64,000 nt of DNA from a virus (Duplodnaviria > Heunggongvirae > Uroviricota > Caudoviricetes): IMG/VR virus record IMGVR_UViG_3300029511_000167. One strand, 5' to 3'. The position numbers were made by a program, and so were the translations under genes. Positions 10,200-18,821 of this stretch are shown here, in pieces (the stretch's first letter is position 1; each line of letters starts with the position of its first letter). The notes beneath the pieces are model-generated. The model saw only the letters and a list, made by a program, of their open reading frames with translations, did not search any database and was not told the origin of the DNA.

Positions 10200-10908
10200 C
10201 TTCTTTCTCCTTTTTCTCTTCTAATGGGCTGAAGACATCGATTCCAAAAAAATCGAGTCCCTGGAATAATCCAAGCGTATAAAAAAGCGTGAAATCCATA
10301 TCCCAGAAAACAAGGCCAAAATCCTCATTTAGATCGTAGTACATATGAGGAAAATCCGTAGCTGCCTTAATCTTATGATTTAAGGCGCGTTTACACTCGG
10401 CTTTAAACTGCGTTGCTTCTTTCCCTTTCAGCTGTTCTTTTTCTATCGTCTCTTTCATTTTCTGTTCCATCTCAGACGCAAAAAAAGTAGCCGCTGCATC
10501 TGCATCTTCAACAGCATTAGAATGCTCTTCTTTGAATTTTTTCCACTTTGCACCGGTTCGGTCTCCGGTTCGCTTCTTCATGTATGCTGCTGACTCCAGA
10601 ATCATTTCATATAGAAGCAATGTTTCAAAGAAATCAAAGTCATAGTCGGTCTGATCGCTTTCCAAGATCTGATACATATGCTCCAAGCGCTTTTTTGTGT
10701 AGTCTGAAACTTTCACCTTCTCTCCTGTGTATGGATTTTCAATCTGGATGCCTTCATATTGCCGCAAAAAATCAGAGTTTGAAAAGAAGGAAGAAAGATT
10801 TTCATCAGAAATCTCCTTATCCAGTCCCAAGTATTCTGCACCCATTTTGATTTGTCTTGTCACCAGTTCTGCCATTGTTGGAGTTTCATACTGTGGAAGA
10901 TTGTACAT
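10180..10908 (-). CDS. hypothetical protein
   Basis: 242-aa ORF. Motif agtatg at 10943-10948 lies 35 nt upstream of the start. Confidence 0.5.
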   Translation of the reverse strand: MYNLPQYETPTMAELVTRQIKMGAEYLGLDKEISDENLSSFFSNSDFLRQYEGIQIENPYTGEKVKVSDYTKKRLEHMYQILESDQTDYDFDFFETLLLYEMILESAAYMKKRTGDRTGAKWKKFKEEHSNAVEDADAAATFFASEMEQKMKETIEKEQLKGKEATQFKAECKRALNHKIKAATDFPHMYYDLNEDFGLVFWDMDFTLFYTLGLFQGLDFFGIDVFSPLEEKKEKEDGTETI

Positions 10909-11081
10909 TGTTTATTCTCCTTTTCTTCTTTTTCTTCATGCATAGTATGTGTTTTTTTTGTTGCAACAGCAGGTTCGGCAAAATGCTGGTCATAAGTTTT
11001 TTTCATTATAACACGGGTTTTATTGTTTGGAAAAAATTATAGCCATATTAATGATAATCACGAAAAAGGGAGGTTATATTT

Positions 11082-11243
11082 ATGTTAATTCAGAGAATGG
11101 ACAAAAGATTTGAGGAGTATGAAAAAAAATCGGAGACAAGAGTTGCTGTAAGTGAATCTACATGTACATATAAGTTTGGTTTATCAGATGCTTTCAAAAC
11201 AGCAGGACAGATTCTGTCAGTTTTTGTGGAAGCAATGGGTTAA
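11082..11243 (+). CDS. small hypothetical protein (53 aa)
   Basis: Strong RBS aaagggaggtt 8 nt before ATG. It is not in the ORF track because it is under 60 aa. Confidence 0.35.
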   Translation: MLIQRMDKRFEEYEKKSETRVAVSESTCTYKFGLSDAFKTAGQILSVFVEAMG

Positions 11244-11340
11244 ATCTTGTTTGCTGTGGTTCATCAACAGAATAGATTTTGTAGTTAAATTGCAAATGCA
11301 GCCGCATGACGCAGCGTAGATGCAGCGGAAAAGAGAGACA

Positions 11341-11472
11341 ATGGACGAAAAATTAGAAAATCTGTTATCTCGCATGGAAGCAGAGATTGCAGAATTAAGA
11401 GAAATTGGAGAAGAGGAATATGCCGAAGGGATTGAATATGCACTGAAGCTGATTCGTTCCCAATTATTTTGA
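11341..11472 (+). CDS. small hypothetical protein (43 aa, predicted helical)
   Basis: ATG at 11341. Followed at 11478-11507 by a strong terminator. Confidence 0.35.
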   Translation: MDEKLENLLSRMEAEIAELREIGEEEYAEGIEYALKLIRSQLF

Positions 11473-11477
11473 CAAAA

Positions 11478-11507
11478 AAGAAAAACCGGTTAATACCGGT
11501 TTTTTTA
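11478..11507. terminator. bidirectional rho-independent terminator
   Basis: accggttaataccggt hairpin with an A-run before and a T-run after. It separates the plus-strand small ORFs from the convergent minus-strand tRNA array. Confidence 0.7.
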
Positions 11508-11579
11508 TGTTTCTGAAGAGATTCGAACTCTTAATGCCCAGTCCGTAGCAGGGCGGTTTTTCCATTAGCCTACAGAAAC
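11508..11579 (-). tRNA. tRNA-Arg(ACG)-like, with mismatches in the D and anticodon stems
   Basis: Acceptor GTTTCTG/CAGAAAC, T-arm AAGAG-TTCGAAT-CTCTT, anticodon loop CTACGGA. The anticodon stem CCCTG/CTGGG has one T-T mismatch. The D-stem is imperfect. Confidence 0.5.
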
Positions 11580-11583
11580 AAAC

Positions 11584-11663
11584 TGCCCATGAAGGGATTC
11601 AAACCCTTATGCGTTCGCGCTTGATTTTGAGTCAAGTATGTATACCAATTCCATCACATGGGC
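11584..11663 (-). tRNA. tRNA-Leu(CAA)
   Basis: Acceptor GCCCATG/CATGGGC, anticodon arm CTTGA-CTCAAAA-TCAAG, 11-nt variable arm, T-arm AAGGG-TTTGAAT-CCCTT. Confidence 0.8.
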
Positions 11664-11981
11664 ATGGACTACGATGATAGCTGGCAGCTTGAGATTCTTG
11701 TCTCCGAGATGAAAGCCCAAATTTTTAAAAAGATGAGGCGTGGAGTTACTCGCATTTAGGATTTCTTTAAATACAGGCTCACCACTTTGCACAGATAAGG
11801 CTTAAAAGGCCCTGTTTTTTTACAGCCATACTTTTACCATCAGCACATAGTTTTTCAGGTCCTGTCTGCTCCGCAGTTCATAGTTGTTAATTCCCTGCGT
11901 CTTTGCTTTCTACCAAATGTCCGTTTTGTGCTGTTTCCGAAACACCTCGTAGTTTTTTTGCCAAAGAGACCTCATCTTTAG

Positions 11982-12053
11982 AGCACCGTGTCAGAGTCGA
12001 ACTGACCAATTATGGTTTTGCAGACCATCTCCATTCCGCATGGATTACGATGC
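11982..12053 (-). tRNA. tRNA-Cys(GCA)
   Basis: Acceptor GCATCGT/ACGGTGC (one G-U pair), D-stem TCCA/TGGA, anticodon arm ATGGT-CTGCAAA-ACCAT, T-arm GTCAG-TTCGACT-CTGAC, discriminator U. Confidence 0.8.
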
Positions 12054-12072
12054 GCATATAAATATATTAAAC

Positions 12073-12152
12073 TGCCCGTGAAGGGATTCGAACCCTTATG
12101 CTTTCGCGCTTGATCCTAAGTCAAGTGTGTATACCAATTCCACCACACGGAC
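12073..12152 (-). tRNA. tRNA-Leu(TAG)
   Basis: Near-duplicate of the Leu(CAA) backbone with anticodon loop CTTAGGA. Acceptor GTCCGTG/CACGGGC. Confidence 0.8.
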
Positions 12153-12169
12153 ATGAGATGCAATGATAA

Positions 12170-12241
12170 TAGGCAGCCTGAGATTTGAGCTCAGAAGACT
12201 GGTTTTGGAGATCAGCATGTTACCGTTACATCAAACCACCC
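12170..12241 (-). tRNA. tRNA-Trp(CCA)-like, degenerate (acceptor stem has 3 Watson-Crick and 4 G-U pairs)
   Basis: Anticodon loop CTCCAAA (the typical Trp loop), T-arm CTGAG-CTCAAAT-CTCAG, D-stem ATGT/ACAT. The acceptor GGGTGGT/GGCTGCC pairs only with wobbles. It may be a pseudo-tRNA. Confidence 0.4.
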
Positions 12242-12246
12242 AAACA

Positions 12247-12319
12247 TGTGCCTAGCGGGAATTGAACCCGCGACCTCCGGATTAAAAGTCCGCTGCTCTT
12301 CCGACTGAGCTACAGGCAC
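12247..12319 (-). tRNA. tRNA-Lys(TTT)
   Basis: Acceptor GTGCCTG/TAGGCAC, D-arm TAGCTCAGTCGGAAGAGCA, anticodon loop CTTTTAA, T-arm GCGGG-TTCAATT-CCCGC. Confidence 0.8.
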
Positions 12320-12324
12320 ATAAA

Positions 12325-12397
12325 TGACCTCGGCGGGAATTGAACCCGGCATCTGAAGCTTGAAAGGCTTCTGTCCTAACCACTAGACCACGAGGCC
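12325..12397 (-). tRNA. tRNA-Glu(TTC)
   Basis: Acceptor GGCCTCG/CGAGGTC, anticodon arm GAAGC-CTTTCAA-GCTTC, T-arm GCCGG-GTTCAAT-TCCCGC. Confidence 0.8.
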
Positions 12398-12401
12398 GAA
12401 A

Positions 12402-12473
12402 TACGGCTGGTTGGATTTGAACCAACGAATACAGGAGTCAAAGTCCTGTGCCTTACCTCTTGGCGACAACCGT
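12402..12473 (-). tRNA. tRNA-Gln(TTG)
   Basis: Acceptor ACGGTTG/CAGCCGT, D-arm TCGCCAAGAGGTAAGGCA, anticodon arm CAGGA-CTTTGAC-TCCTG, T-arm GTTGG-TTCAAAT-CCAAC. Confidence 0.8.
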
Positions 12474-12479
12474 ATAAGA

Positions 12480-12563
12480 TACTCCTGAAGGGACTTGAAC
12501 CCTCACGAATTTGCATTCAACGGATTTTAAGTCCGTAGCGTCTGCCAATTCCGCCACAGGAGC
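12480..12563 (-). tRNA. tRNA-Leu(TAA)
   Basis: D-arm TGGCGGAATTGGCAGACGC, anticodon arm ACGGA-CTTAAAA-TCCGT, long variable arm, T-arm with TTCAAGT loop. 84 nt. Confidence 0.8.
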
Positions 12564-12897
12564 AAAAAAATCGGGCTGCACAAAGCAGCCCACGTCAGTA
12601 TGTATAGATTCAAAAAGAGAATTTGAAAATTATAACAGATACTGTGCTACGAAAGGACTTTGTGCGTTTTTAGCATCGACAAAGAGCCGCTCTTGTTTCA
12701 GAGTAGTTTTCTGTTCTTCTGATTTTAAGCAAACGTACAATCTTTTCATATTTTTTCAGCGGAGAAACCCATGGGCTTGCCCGTGGAAGGAACCGCCTCT
12801 AACCTACCTTTCTTTGTTCTATCAGATAATTAGTGTTTAATTCCTCACTCCGAAGAGTGGTTCATATTAACTCCTTTTTCTTGTTTCTTTAAGTCTC

Positions 12898-12915
12898 ATT
12901 TATAGTATGAAAGAT
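12898..12915 (-). promoter_or_regulatory. CATACTATAAAT promoter-like element upstream of the tRNA array
   Basis: Minus-strand reading tttcatacTATAAAtga, about 335 nt upstream of the first tRNA (Leu-TAA). The same motif class precedes at least 25 genes in the window. Confidence 0.45.
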
Positions 12916-12997
12916 TTTTTAAAAATGGAGCAACAAAAATTGTATTTTTTTTAGTACAATATTAAATTCCATAAAAAAAGAGCCAAACGGCCCTTTC

Positions 12998-13777
12998 TTA
13001 TTGGTTCAAATTTTTCCTGTCGCGTGTGTATTCATACCTTTTTTGAGATTCGTTCAGCCAGTTTTGATATTTTTCTTTCTTTTCCTTCTTCTGTTCCCTT
13101 TCTATTTTTTTCTTTAACCAACGTATCGCAGTTCGATATGCACCTAGAAGCTCTTTTCGCATTACCCTGGACGTTTTAACGTCCTTTTCATACCGTGAAA
13201 CGGTTTTCTTCTCAAATTCTTCCATATGTTCTTCATACGCTTTTCGTTCTATTTCCGCATCTGGTTTTAAACTAGCATAAACACTCAGGCATTCGTTTTT
13301 CTCTTCTTCAGACAATTGACGAATTCCTAAAAGCAGTTTCTCCAGTTTTTTATTAACCGGCATGCAATCTTTTCGGTATCGGATTCGTTCAAGATAACAT
13401 AAGCGAAACTGTTCAATATAATCCATAGCATCTTCTTTCGTCTTAATTCGCAGCCAGTTGCCATAACGATTGATGCAGCGCTCCATTTTCTTCCAGTCTT
13501 TATTCGTTGTGTCCACCAGATCCTTAACATCTTTTAGACGTCCATCTCTTATGATGATAACTGTGTCTGGTTCAGGATACTCCCAAAAACTGTTGAGAAT
13601 CAGAATATTGAAGTTTTTCGTATAGTTGTACCAGCTCGTCCGATATGGAACTTTTTGGTTTTTCTGATAATATTTTAAGGATCCATTACTTTCCCATAAT
13701 GTTCCATCTGAAATATATGGAACCGGAAAACATTTAACTTGCTCATAGAGCATACAATCATACATTCCCATAATCAT
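12998..13777 (-). CDS. hypothetical protein
   Basis: 259-aa ORF with a K/E-rich C-terminus. A terminator-like hairpin lies downstream at 12975-13000. Confidence 0.5.
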   Translation of the reverse strand: MIMGMYDCMLYEQVKCFPVPYISDGTLWESNGSLKYYQKNQKVPYRTSWYNYTKNFNILILNSFWEYPEPDTVIIIRDGRLKDVKDLVDTTNKDWKKMERCINRYGNWLRIKTKEDAMDYIEQFRLCYLERIRYRKDCMPVNKKLEKLLLGIRQLSEEEKNECLSVYASLKPDAEIERKAYEEHMEEFEKKTVSRYEKDVKTSRVMRKELLGAYRTAIRWLKKKIEREQKKEKKEKYQNWLNESQKRYEYTRDRKNLNQ

Positions 13778-14178
13778 TTTCCTTCCTTTAGTTCTTTTTC
13801 TAGATCTGATATTTTTTTTATCAAATTATGAGTTAGTACCTGCTTGTTGACCTTTTTTTCTTCTCGTAATTTCTCCAGCAGCTTCTCAATTTGGGATAAG
13901 GATGTCGTTTTTTCTATTCGTTTAGCAATTTCTTTAGTTTGTTTCTTTGGAATATGATAAGAGGGTAACCAGCTTTCTTTTAATGATGAAGAGTTAACAA
14001 TTACAATGTTCTCTTGAATAAGTTTTATTCCCGTGTATTCAATGTTATCTAGTTCTTGAATCAGCTCCTTTTTTAATTCTTCTAACTCTTTCTTGTATTT
14101 TTTTTCTAATTCTCTGATTTCATTAACCTTCATTTTTCTCCTCACTTGAATACATCTTGAAAATGCACTCAACCGCAT
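13774..14178 (-). CDS. hypothetical coiled-coil protein
   Basis: 134-aa ORF, K/E/L-rich. A 4-nt overlap with the downstream gene suggests coupling. Confidence 0.5.
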   Translation of the reverse strand: MRLSAFSRCIQVRRKMKVNEIRELEKKYKKELEELKKELIQELDNIEYTGIKLIQENIVIVNSSSLKESWLPSYHIPKKQTKEIAKRIEKTTSLSQIEKLLEKLREEKKVNKQVLTHNLIKKISDLEKELKEGK

Positions 14179-15016
14179 CTCCTGCTTCTTTTAGCTGTTT
14201 TTCAAATTGTTTAGCCTCTTTATTTTTCCATGACGAAAATTCTTCGGTTGTAAATACGCTGTAATTGGAACCTGTGAATTCCGGATAAGGTATAAGATAT
14301 TCTACTAATCTTTGACATCTTTTTTCAAGTGGTTTCTTATATTCTTCATAGGAAGATGTCTTTATGATTTCCTTTACTGATATTGGAAGCCAGTTTTCTG
14401 AAAACAATTTTACCGAAAATCCAAACTCTCCTGGAATCCAGGTTGGCATTGCAGTTTTCCAGTCCTGATATCTCCTTTTCCACTCTTCTTCCGAAATCTT
14501 CTCTGGTTTGTCTGTCTGATTTTGATAATGATACTCTTCTATTCCCATGGATGCAGATACATCTTGAATCAGATCGTCTATTTCCGAATTTCCAAACGAA
14601 AGAATCATCAGCTTATCCTGAAGCGGCAGCAGCTGCAGCTGAGCCGATAAATTATATGGGCTGTACTTTCCTGATGCTGATACCTTTGCAATTTTATCAA
14701 AAAGGCTCCACAACAGATTATCGGCTAATGTTTCTGAAAAAGTTTCTTTTTGGAGGAATAAATTAATGTTATTTTCTTCCAATATTTTTTTGCATGTATC
14801 TGGATTAACAACATATAAGTCGGAATAGAGGGAGAATTTTTCAAAATACAGTTTCTTATACATTCGAAGCACTTTCTTCTGCCACTTCTTTCTTAGTGTA
14901 TTCATCAATTCATTAAGTTCCATTAATGTCAGATTTTTTCTAATGATATATCCATTATAGATTTTAATGCTCATGCTACTTTTTCCTTTCTTTTTTACAA
15001 GTGTCAATTTTTCCAC
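14123..15016 (-). CDS. hypothetical protein
   Basis: 297-aa ORF. The start is uncertain; MSIKIYNGY is an alternative. Confidence 0.5.
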   Translation of the reverse strand: MEKLTLVKKKGKSSMSIKIYNGYIIRKNLTLMELNELMNTLRKKWQKKVLRMYKKLYFEKFSLYSDLYVVNPDTCKKILEENNINLFLQKETFSETLADNLLWSLFDKIAKVSASGKYSPYNLSAQLQLLPLQDKLMILSFGNSEIDDLIQDVSASMGIEEYHYQNQTDKPEKISEEEWKRRYQDWKTAMPTWIPGEFGFSVKLFSENWLPISVKEIIKTSSYEEYKKPLEKRCQRLVEYLIPYPEFTGSNYSVFTTEEFSSWKNKEAKQFEKQLKEAGDAVECIFKMYSSEEKNEG

Positions 15017-15594
15017 TGTCTTTTTCTTTTTGTGTTATCTTTCCAACTTTTTGAATACTCCCGGAACGGTTCTATGTCCCATTTATCAATTTTCTTTTTG
15101 TAGGGCTTGATACCATATTCCTTACATTGGTCATCTTCTGAAAGAAGTATGGTATTTTTGTATTTAATTGGCCTTACGTATGTATGAAACTGTTTTCTTC
15201 CAGTACCTGAGACAGGTTCCTTTCGATATCCAGAATCTTTCTTCCTTAGTTTCTTTTTTCGATTCCAGTTTCTTTCTGGGACTCTCATATCATAGGAATG
15301 TCCGAAAAAGTCATAGAATACGAAGTTCAGCTTATGAGGTGGAATCATTCGTTCATGATTGTCAAAAATCATTAGTTTTCTTAAAAATATCGGTTCCATT
15401 GGATACGTCTCTTCTTCTCGATTAAATTTAACCGAGCTGATCGCGGTTTTTGAATCCTTGAGAAAATAAGATTTCTTTCCTGCCATTTCCAGAATTTGAA
15501 TGCACAGGACATTTTCTGATTCAATCCAATGGGAGGTTTCTCCTGTATAAATGTTGATAACCAAATATCTGGTCTTATGATCGGTTTCAAACAT
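15004..15594 (-). CDS. hypothetical basic protein
   Basis: 196-aa ORF. Motif agtatg at 15627-15632 lies 33 nt upstream. A terminator hairpin aatcccgtttgaaacgggatt lies at 15651-15680. Confidence 0.5.
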   Translation of the reverse strand: MFETDHKTRYLVINIYTGETSHWIESENVLCIQILEMAGKKSYFLKDSKTAISSVKFNREEETYPMEPIFLRKLMIFDNHERMIPPHKLNFVFYDFFGHSYDMRVPERNWNRKKKLRKKDSGYRKEPVSGTGRKQFHTYVRPIKYKNTILLSEDDQCKEYGIKPYKKKIDKWDIEPFREYSKSWKDNTKRKRQWKN

Positions 15595-15681
15595 AAGGTT
15601 CTCTCCTTCTTTTCTTAACTATAGATAGTATGACAGTTTTTCCTGGATTAAAAAAATCCCGTTTGAAACGGGATTTCGTAA

Positions 15682-15876
15682 TTAATCTGAATAAGCAAGC
15701 ATTTCTTCTTCAGTAAATACTTCCTGCCTGCTTAATTCCGGCCTTACATGAATTTCAAAAAAATGTCCTTCTCCGTCTTTTACCAGAACGCAGCTTGCAT
15801 ATTTCTTTTCAATGTAAATATCACCGTATTCATCTAATGCGCTGCTGATTCGGCTGCTTAACTCGTCTGCTCTCAT
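15682..15876 (-). CDS. hypothetical small protein
   Basis: 64-aa ORF directly downstream of the 15913..16083 gene. Confidence 0.4.
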   Translation of the reverse strand: MRADELSSRISSALDEYGDIYIEKKYASCVLVKDGEGHFFEIHVRPELSRQEVFTEEEMLAYSD

Positions 15877-15912
15877 ATTTATCTCCTTATCCTGCGAAAA
15901 TCTTGATAAGTT

Positions 15913-16083
15913 TTAATTTCTTTTTTCATTTTTAGGGCACCAATCTGGAATTTCGGCTTTTCTTAAGTTGTATGGATGATACGCATACAAAGACATTCCG
16001 GTCAGTTCGCATATCATATCTCCTGGGACATGCATCCCTTTTGGTCTTTTAAAGTGTTTACATTCAGTGCATCGTTTTGCCAT
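15913..16083 (-). CDS. small Cys-rich (zinc-ribbon-like) protein, 56 aa
   Basis: Translation: MAKRCTECKHFKRPKGMHVPGDMICELTGMSLYAYHPYNLRKAEIPDWCPKNEKRN. Strong RBS ataaggagaaat. Absent from the ORF track because of its size. Confidence 0.45.
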   Translation of the reverse strand: MAKRCTECKHFKRPKGMHVPGDMICELTGMSLYAYHPYNLRKAEIPDWCPKNEKRN

Positions 16084-16105
16084 ATTTCTCCTTATCTTTT
16101 ACAAC

Positions 16106-16540
16106 CTATCCAAATATCTCGAAACTTCCGCACCAGCTTGTCTTGGATTGTTCCATCCATCTTTTTTTAACAGAATTTTTTTCAGCATTAATTTTTTCAA
16201 AGAAGTTTAAAAATCTCTTGTATTCTCTTTTTTTCATTGGAAAGATTGCGCAAGTGCCACATCTTCGATTTGAATCGAAACAACTTTCTGGATCCAGATA
16301 CACCATGGTTAGTTCGGGTGAAAGTAACTCCATTCCGATTCCCACACCATTTGCTGTTAGATGCGGAATATATTCAACTGGATTCTTGCTGACGATTATG
16401 TCAGTTAGTTCATCATCGCTGAGATTGTTGAAATATCCCAGTTCCAGTAATCTTGCAAGAAATCCCGTGACCTGCTGATCTTTTCCTTCCAGAAATTTTG
16501 CCTTTAAGATGTCCAGTTTTTCTTTCTTTTCTTTTTTCAT
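16106..16540 (-). CDS. hypothetical protein
   Basis: 144-aa ORF with RBS aaaaaaggaggaatatgaaag. Confidence 0.5.
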   Translation of the reverse strand: MKKEKKEKLDILKAKFLEGKDQQVTGFLARLLELGYFNNLSDDELTDIIVSKNPVEYIPHLTANGVGIGMELLSPELTMVYLDPESCFDSNRRCGTCAIFPMKKREYKRFLNFFEKINAEKNSVKKRWMEQSKTSWCGSFEIFG

Positions 16541-16777
16541 CTTTCATATTCCTCCTTTTTTATTGATATACTTAATATGTGAAAATAATCAATGAAATAA
16601 AAAAAGAACTGTTAATCTCCAATGAACTACTCAGCAACAAGTTACCGAGCTTTTTGCTTCACCACCACTGCTTGAGTAGTCAATACATATAACATTCAAA
16701 TTTAGGCGGATAAAATGGCCAACTTCTGCGAAGCTGAAGTTCATGTTCCATGAACTTGCTTTCATCTCGGAGACAAT

Positions 16778-17149
16778 TCAGTAAGAATTCCTGCCTGAAT
16801 TCTTAAATTTAAAGTCATATCCATTTACTGTGATACCTATATATGAACCATCTTCATAAATACCAAAAGTATCTCCTTCCATATAATAATCAAATTTAAA
16901 ATCAATGATGTTTTCTTTGATTTCGGCAATAGCTTCCATGATCTGGCTGTGTTTTTCTATTGCGATTTTATATGCCTTTTTGTAATGTTTCACGGCTTCT
17001 TCTTCAGTTGAAAAATAATTAATTCCTTTCCGATATAACTCCCTTTTAATGACCACATAATTATCATTAAATTTAGGGTCTACCCGGTAATATAATACTT
17101 TTTCCATGTTAACTTTCTCCTTTTGTGAAAAATTAGCCAGGAGACTCAA
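16778..17149 (-). CDS. hypothetical protein
   Basis: 123-aa ORF. A palindrome taagaattc-ctgcctg-gaattctta overlaps its stop. Confidence 0.5.
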   Translation of the reverse strand: MSLLANFSQKEKVNMEKVLYYRVDPKFNDNYVVIKRELYRKGINYFSTEEEAVKHYKKAYKIAIEKHSQIMEAIAEIKENIIDFKFDYYMEGDTFGIYEDGSYIGITVNGYDFKFKNSGRNSY

Positions 17150-17167
17150 CCCGACCCTTTGAATCAG

Positions 17168-17449
17168 CTAGAGAGGTTCGCATGCATGCCTCACTGGAAT
17201 TCGTTCAAAATCAGGGCCTACACTTTTTTCCAGAAAGCATTCTCCCAGTTTTGCAATCTGACAGGTTTTAGGATTTGTATCCTCATAATATACTTGAATG
17301 CTTCCAAACCCAATGGCCTGCTGCAGCTGTTTTTTTGCTTCTGCTTCTGTTTTTGCACCTACACGATATCTTCCTGCTGTGTTTCTTTTTCTGGATGGAC
17401 GCCGATAGCCGTCTACAATGCAAATATAATTTTTAACTGGTTTTCCCAT
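17168..17449 (-). CDS. hypothetical basic protein
   Basis: 93-aa ORF. The overlapping plus-strand ORF 17159..17452 was judged spurious. Confidence 0.45.
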   Translation of the reverse strand: MGKPVKNYICIVDGYRRPSRKRNTAGRYRVGAKTEAEAKKQLQQAIGFGSIQVYYEDTNPKTCQIAKLGECFLEKSVGPDFERIPVRHACEPL

Positions 17450-17459
17450 TAATTTCTCC

Positions 17460-17768
17460 TTAGAAATGTATGTACTCGGTTGGAATATCCTTAGCTGGAT
17501 TTTTGAAAGTCCATTCTTTTAGAAAATCATAAGCTTTCTTAATTGCCGTTTCATCGTCTGCTGCTGCATATGCCACTGCTTGATTTCTTCTTTTTCTTGG
17601 CACATATCCTGTCCTACACTTATAGCAATCACAAAGCTTATGAATTTCAAGCATTTTTTGTCCCGTTACTTTTCCACCCTTGTAGCAAATTCGCTCAATC
17701 ATAATTTCTTTCATGATGTTTCCTTTCTGGGTTGTCCTACCATTCGTACTCAAGCAACTTTTCAGCAT
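17460..17768 (-). CDS. hypothetical Cys-containing protein
   Basis: 102-aa ORF. MKEIMIER is the probable start. Confidence 0.45.
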   Translation of the reverse strand: MLKSCLSTNGRTTQKGNIMKEIMIERICYKGGKVTGQKMLEIHKLCDCYKCRTGYVPRKRRNQAVAYAAADDETAIKKAYDFLKEWTFKNPAKDIPTEYIHF

Positions 17769-18228
17769 TTTGATTATTTGATTCGTATTCTTCCTTGGTG
17801 CAACAATCTACATCTGTTACCTGATAACCTTTTTCCTGGTATAAGTTGCTGCAATCGATGCAAGCCTGCCTGCAGATGATCGGAACAAGTTCTTCTGTTA
17901 ACTCTCGATTAAAATCCATGCAGATTTTTCCATATCCAGCAATATCTTCGTCGTTTTCTTTACAGTGGATTACAAAGTAAATGGAAATATATCCAAGTGG
18001 CTCACGGTCTTCTTTTACTCTGGTTTCATATTCTTTTTTGGTACAAAATTTTAACTGAGACACATCCGTTCCAAATTCCTGGCTCAGTTTATCTTTTACC
18101 ATTTCCAGATCGGATCTTATAACCCGGTTAACCTGTGTTTCTTTGGTCGCCACATAAGTATTTACCGTTTTTCCGCTTTTGTTTTTTGTTACTTTGGCAT
18201 AATGGTTTACGTAGAGGATTGTTTTCAT
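17737..18228 (-). CDS. hypothetical protein
   Basis: Start at MKTILYV with RBS aaaaaggagaaaaaaaga. Confidence 0.5.
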   Translation of the reverse strand: MKTILYVNHYAKVTKNKSGKTVNTYVATKETQVNRVIRSDLEMVKDKLSQEFGTDVSQLKFCTKKEYETRVKEDREPLGYISIYFVIHCKENDEDIAGYGKICMDFNRELTEELVPIICRQACIDCSNLYQEKGYQVTDVDCCTKEEYESNNQNAEKLLEYEW

Positions 18229-18244
18229 TCTTTTTTTCTCCTTT

Positions 18245-18727
18245 TTAAATGGTTTCAAAGCTGCTTCCATTATTTTTTAACCCATAAGCATTCAACATGG
18301 TTTTGTACACATACGGGTTTGGAACGTAGTGGTCACCTGTGAAATACTTGGAATCATCGCCGTTGTAGACACGTTCTAATGCAGCTGCAACGGCAGCCGA
18401 ACGGCTGATGCCTGCATAACAGTGGATGATTAAAAAATTAATCTGGTCCTTCTTTACCAGGTGCTCTACAAACGCTTTAATTTTAGCCGCATCTGCATCT
18501 GCCATGAGACGGCAGCCGCGGGCGGGTACTTCCGTATCGGAAAAGTAGATATTTAATACATCTTTCAGATTTCCGTTTGGAACGTACTGAAAAGCAGCTC
18601 TCCCTGGCTCTTCTTCCCGAATACTGATCATGGCAAAGCTATTCGGTGGGTTTTTCTGTACCGAATGGTTGTACACGTAATCAAATGCTTCTTTGTAGCT
18701 CATAACATAAATTGGAAAATTTAACAT
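18245..18727 (-). CDS. protein-tyrosine/dual-specificity phosphatase-like protein (CX5R active site)
   Basis: IHCYAGISRSAAV matches the HCxAGxxR(S) P-loop of Cys-based phosphatases. Motif agtatg lies 32 nt upstream. Confidence 0.65.
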   Translation of the reverse strand: MLNFPIYVMSYKEAFDYVYNHSVQKNPPNSFAMISIREEEPGRAAFQYVPNGNLKDVLNIYFSDTEVPARGCRLMADADAAKIKAFVEHLVKKDQINFLIIHCYAGISRSAAVAAALERVYNGDDSKYFTGDHYVPNPYVYKTMLNAYGLKNNGSSFETI

Positions 18728-18783
18728 ATAGTCTCTCCTTTTTTCTATATTTTTTATTAGTATGGATTTAAAAACAGGAAAAC

Positions 18784-18811
18784 AAAAAAAAGAGACCGAA
18801 GTCTCTTTTCT
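18784..18811. terminator. rho-independent terminator, second copy of the gagaccgaagtctc hairpin
   Basis: aaaaaaaagagaccgaagtctcttttc, identical to 8195-8221. Confidence 0.65.
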
Positions 18812-18821
18812 AAGGAAAGCG

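Noticed and set aside
11607-11792. 61-aa minus-strand ORF in the tRNA array
   Set aside because: It overlaps tRNA-Leu(CAA) and the non-coding spacer, has no RBS, and tRNA structure explains the sequence. The plus-strand ORF 12511..12840 overlapping tRNA-Leu(TAA) is rejected for the same reason.
16600-16777. Possible 45-aa ORF or sRNA between genes 16106..16540 and 16778..17149
   Set aside because: No convincing RBS. The long imperfect stem ACTACTCAGC...GCTTGAGTAGT and the palindrome at the gene end could be structural, but evidence is insufficient for a call.
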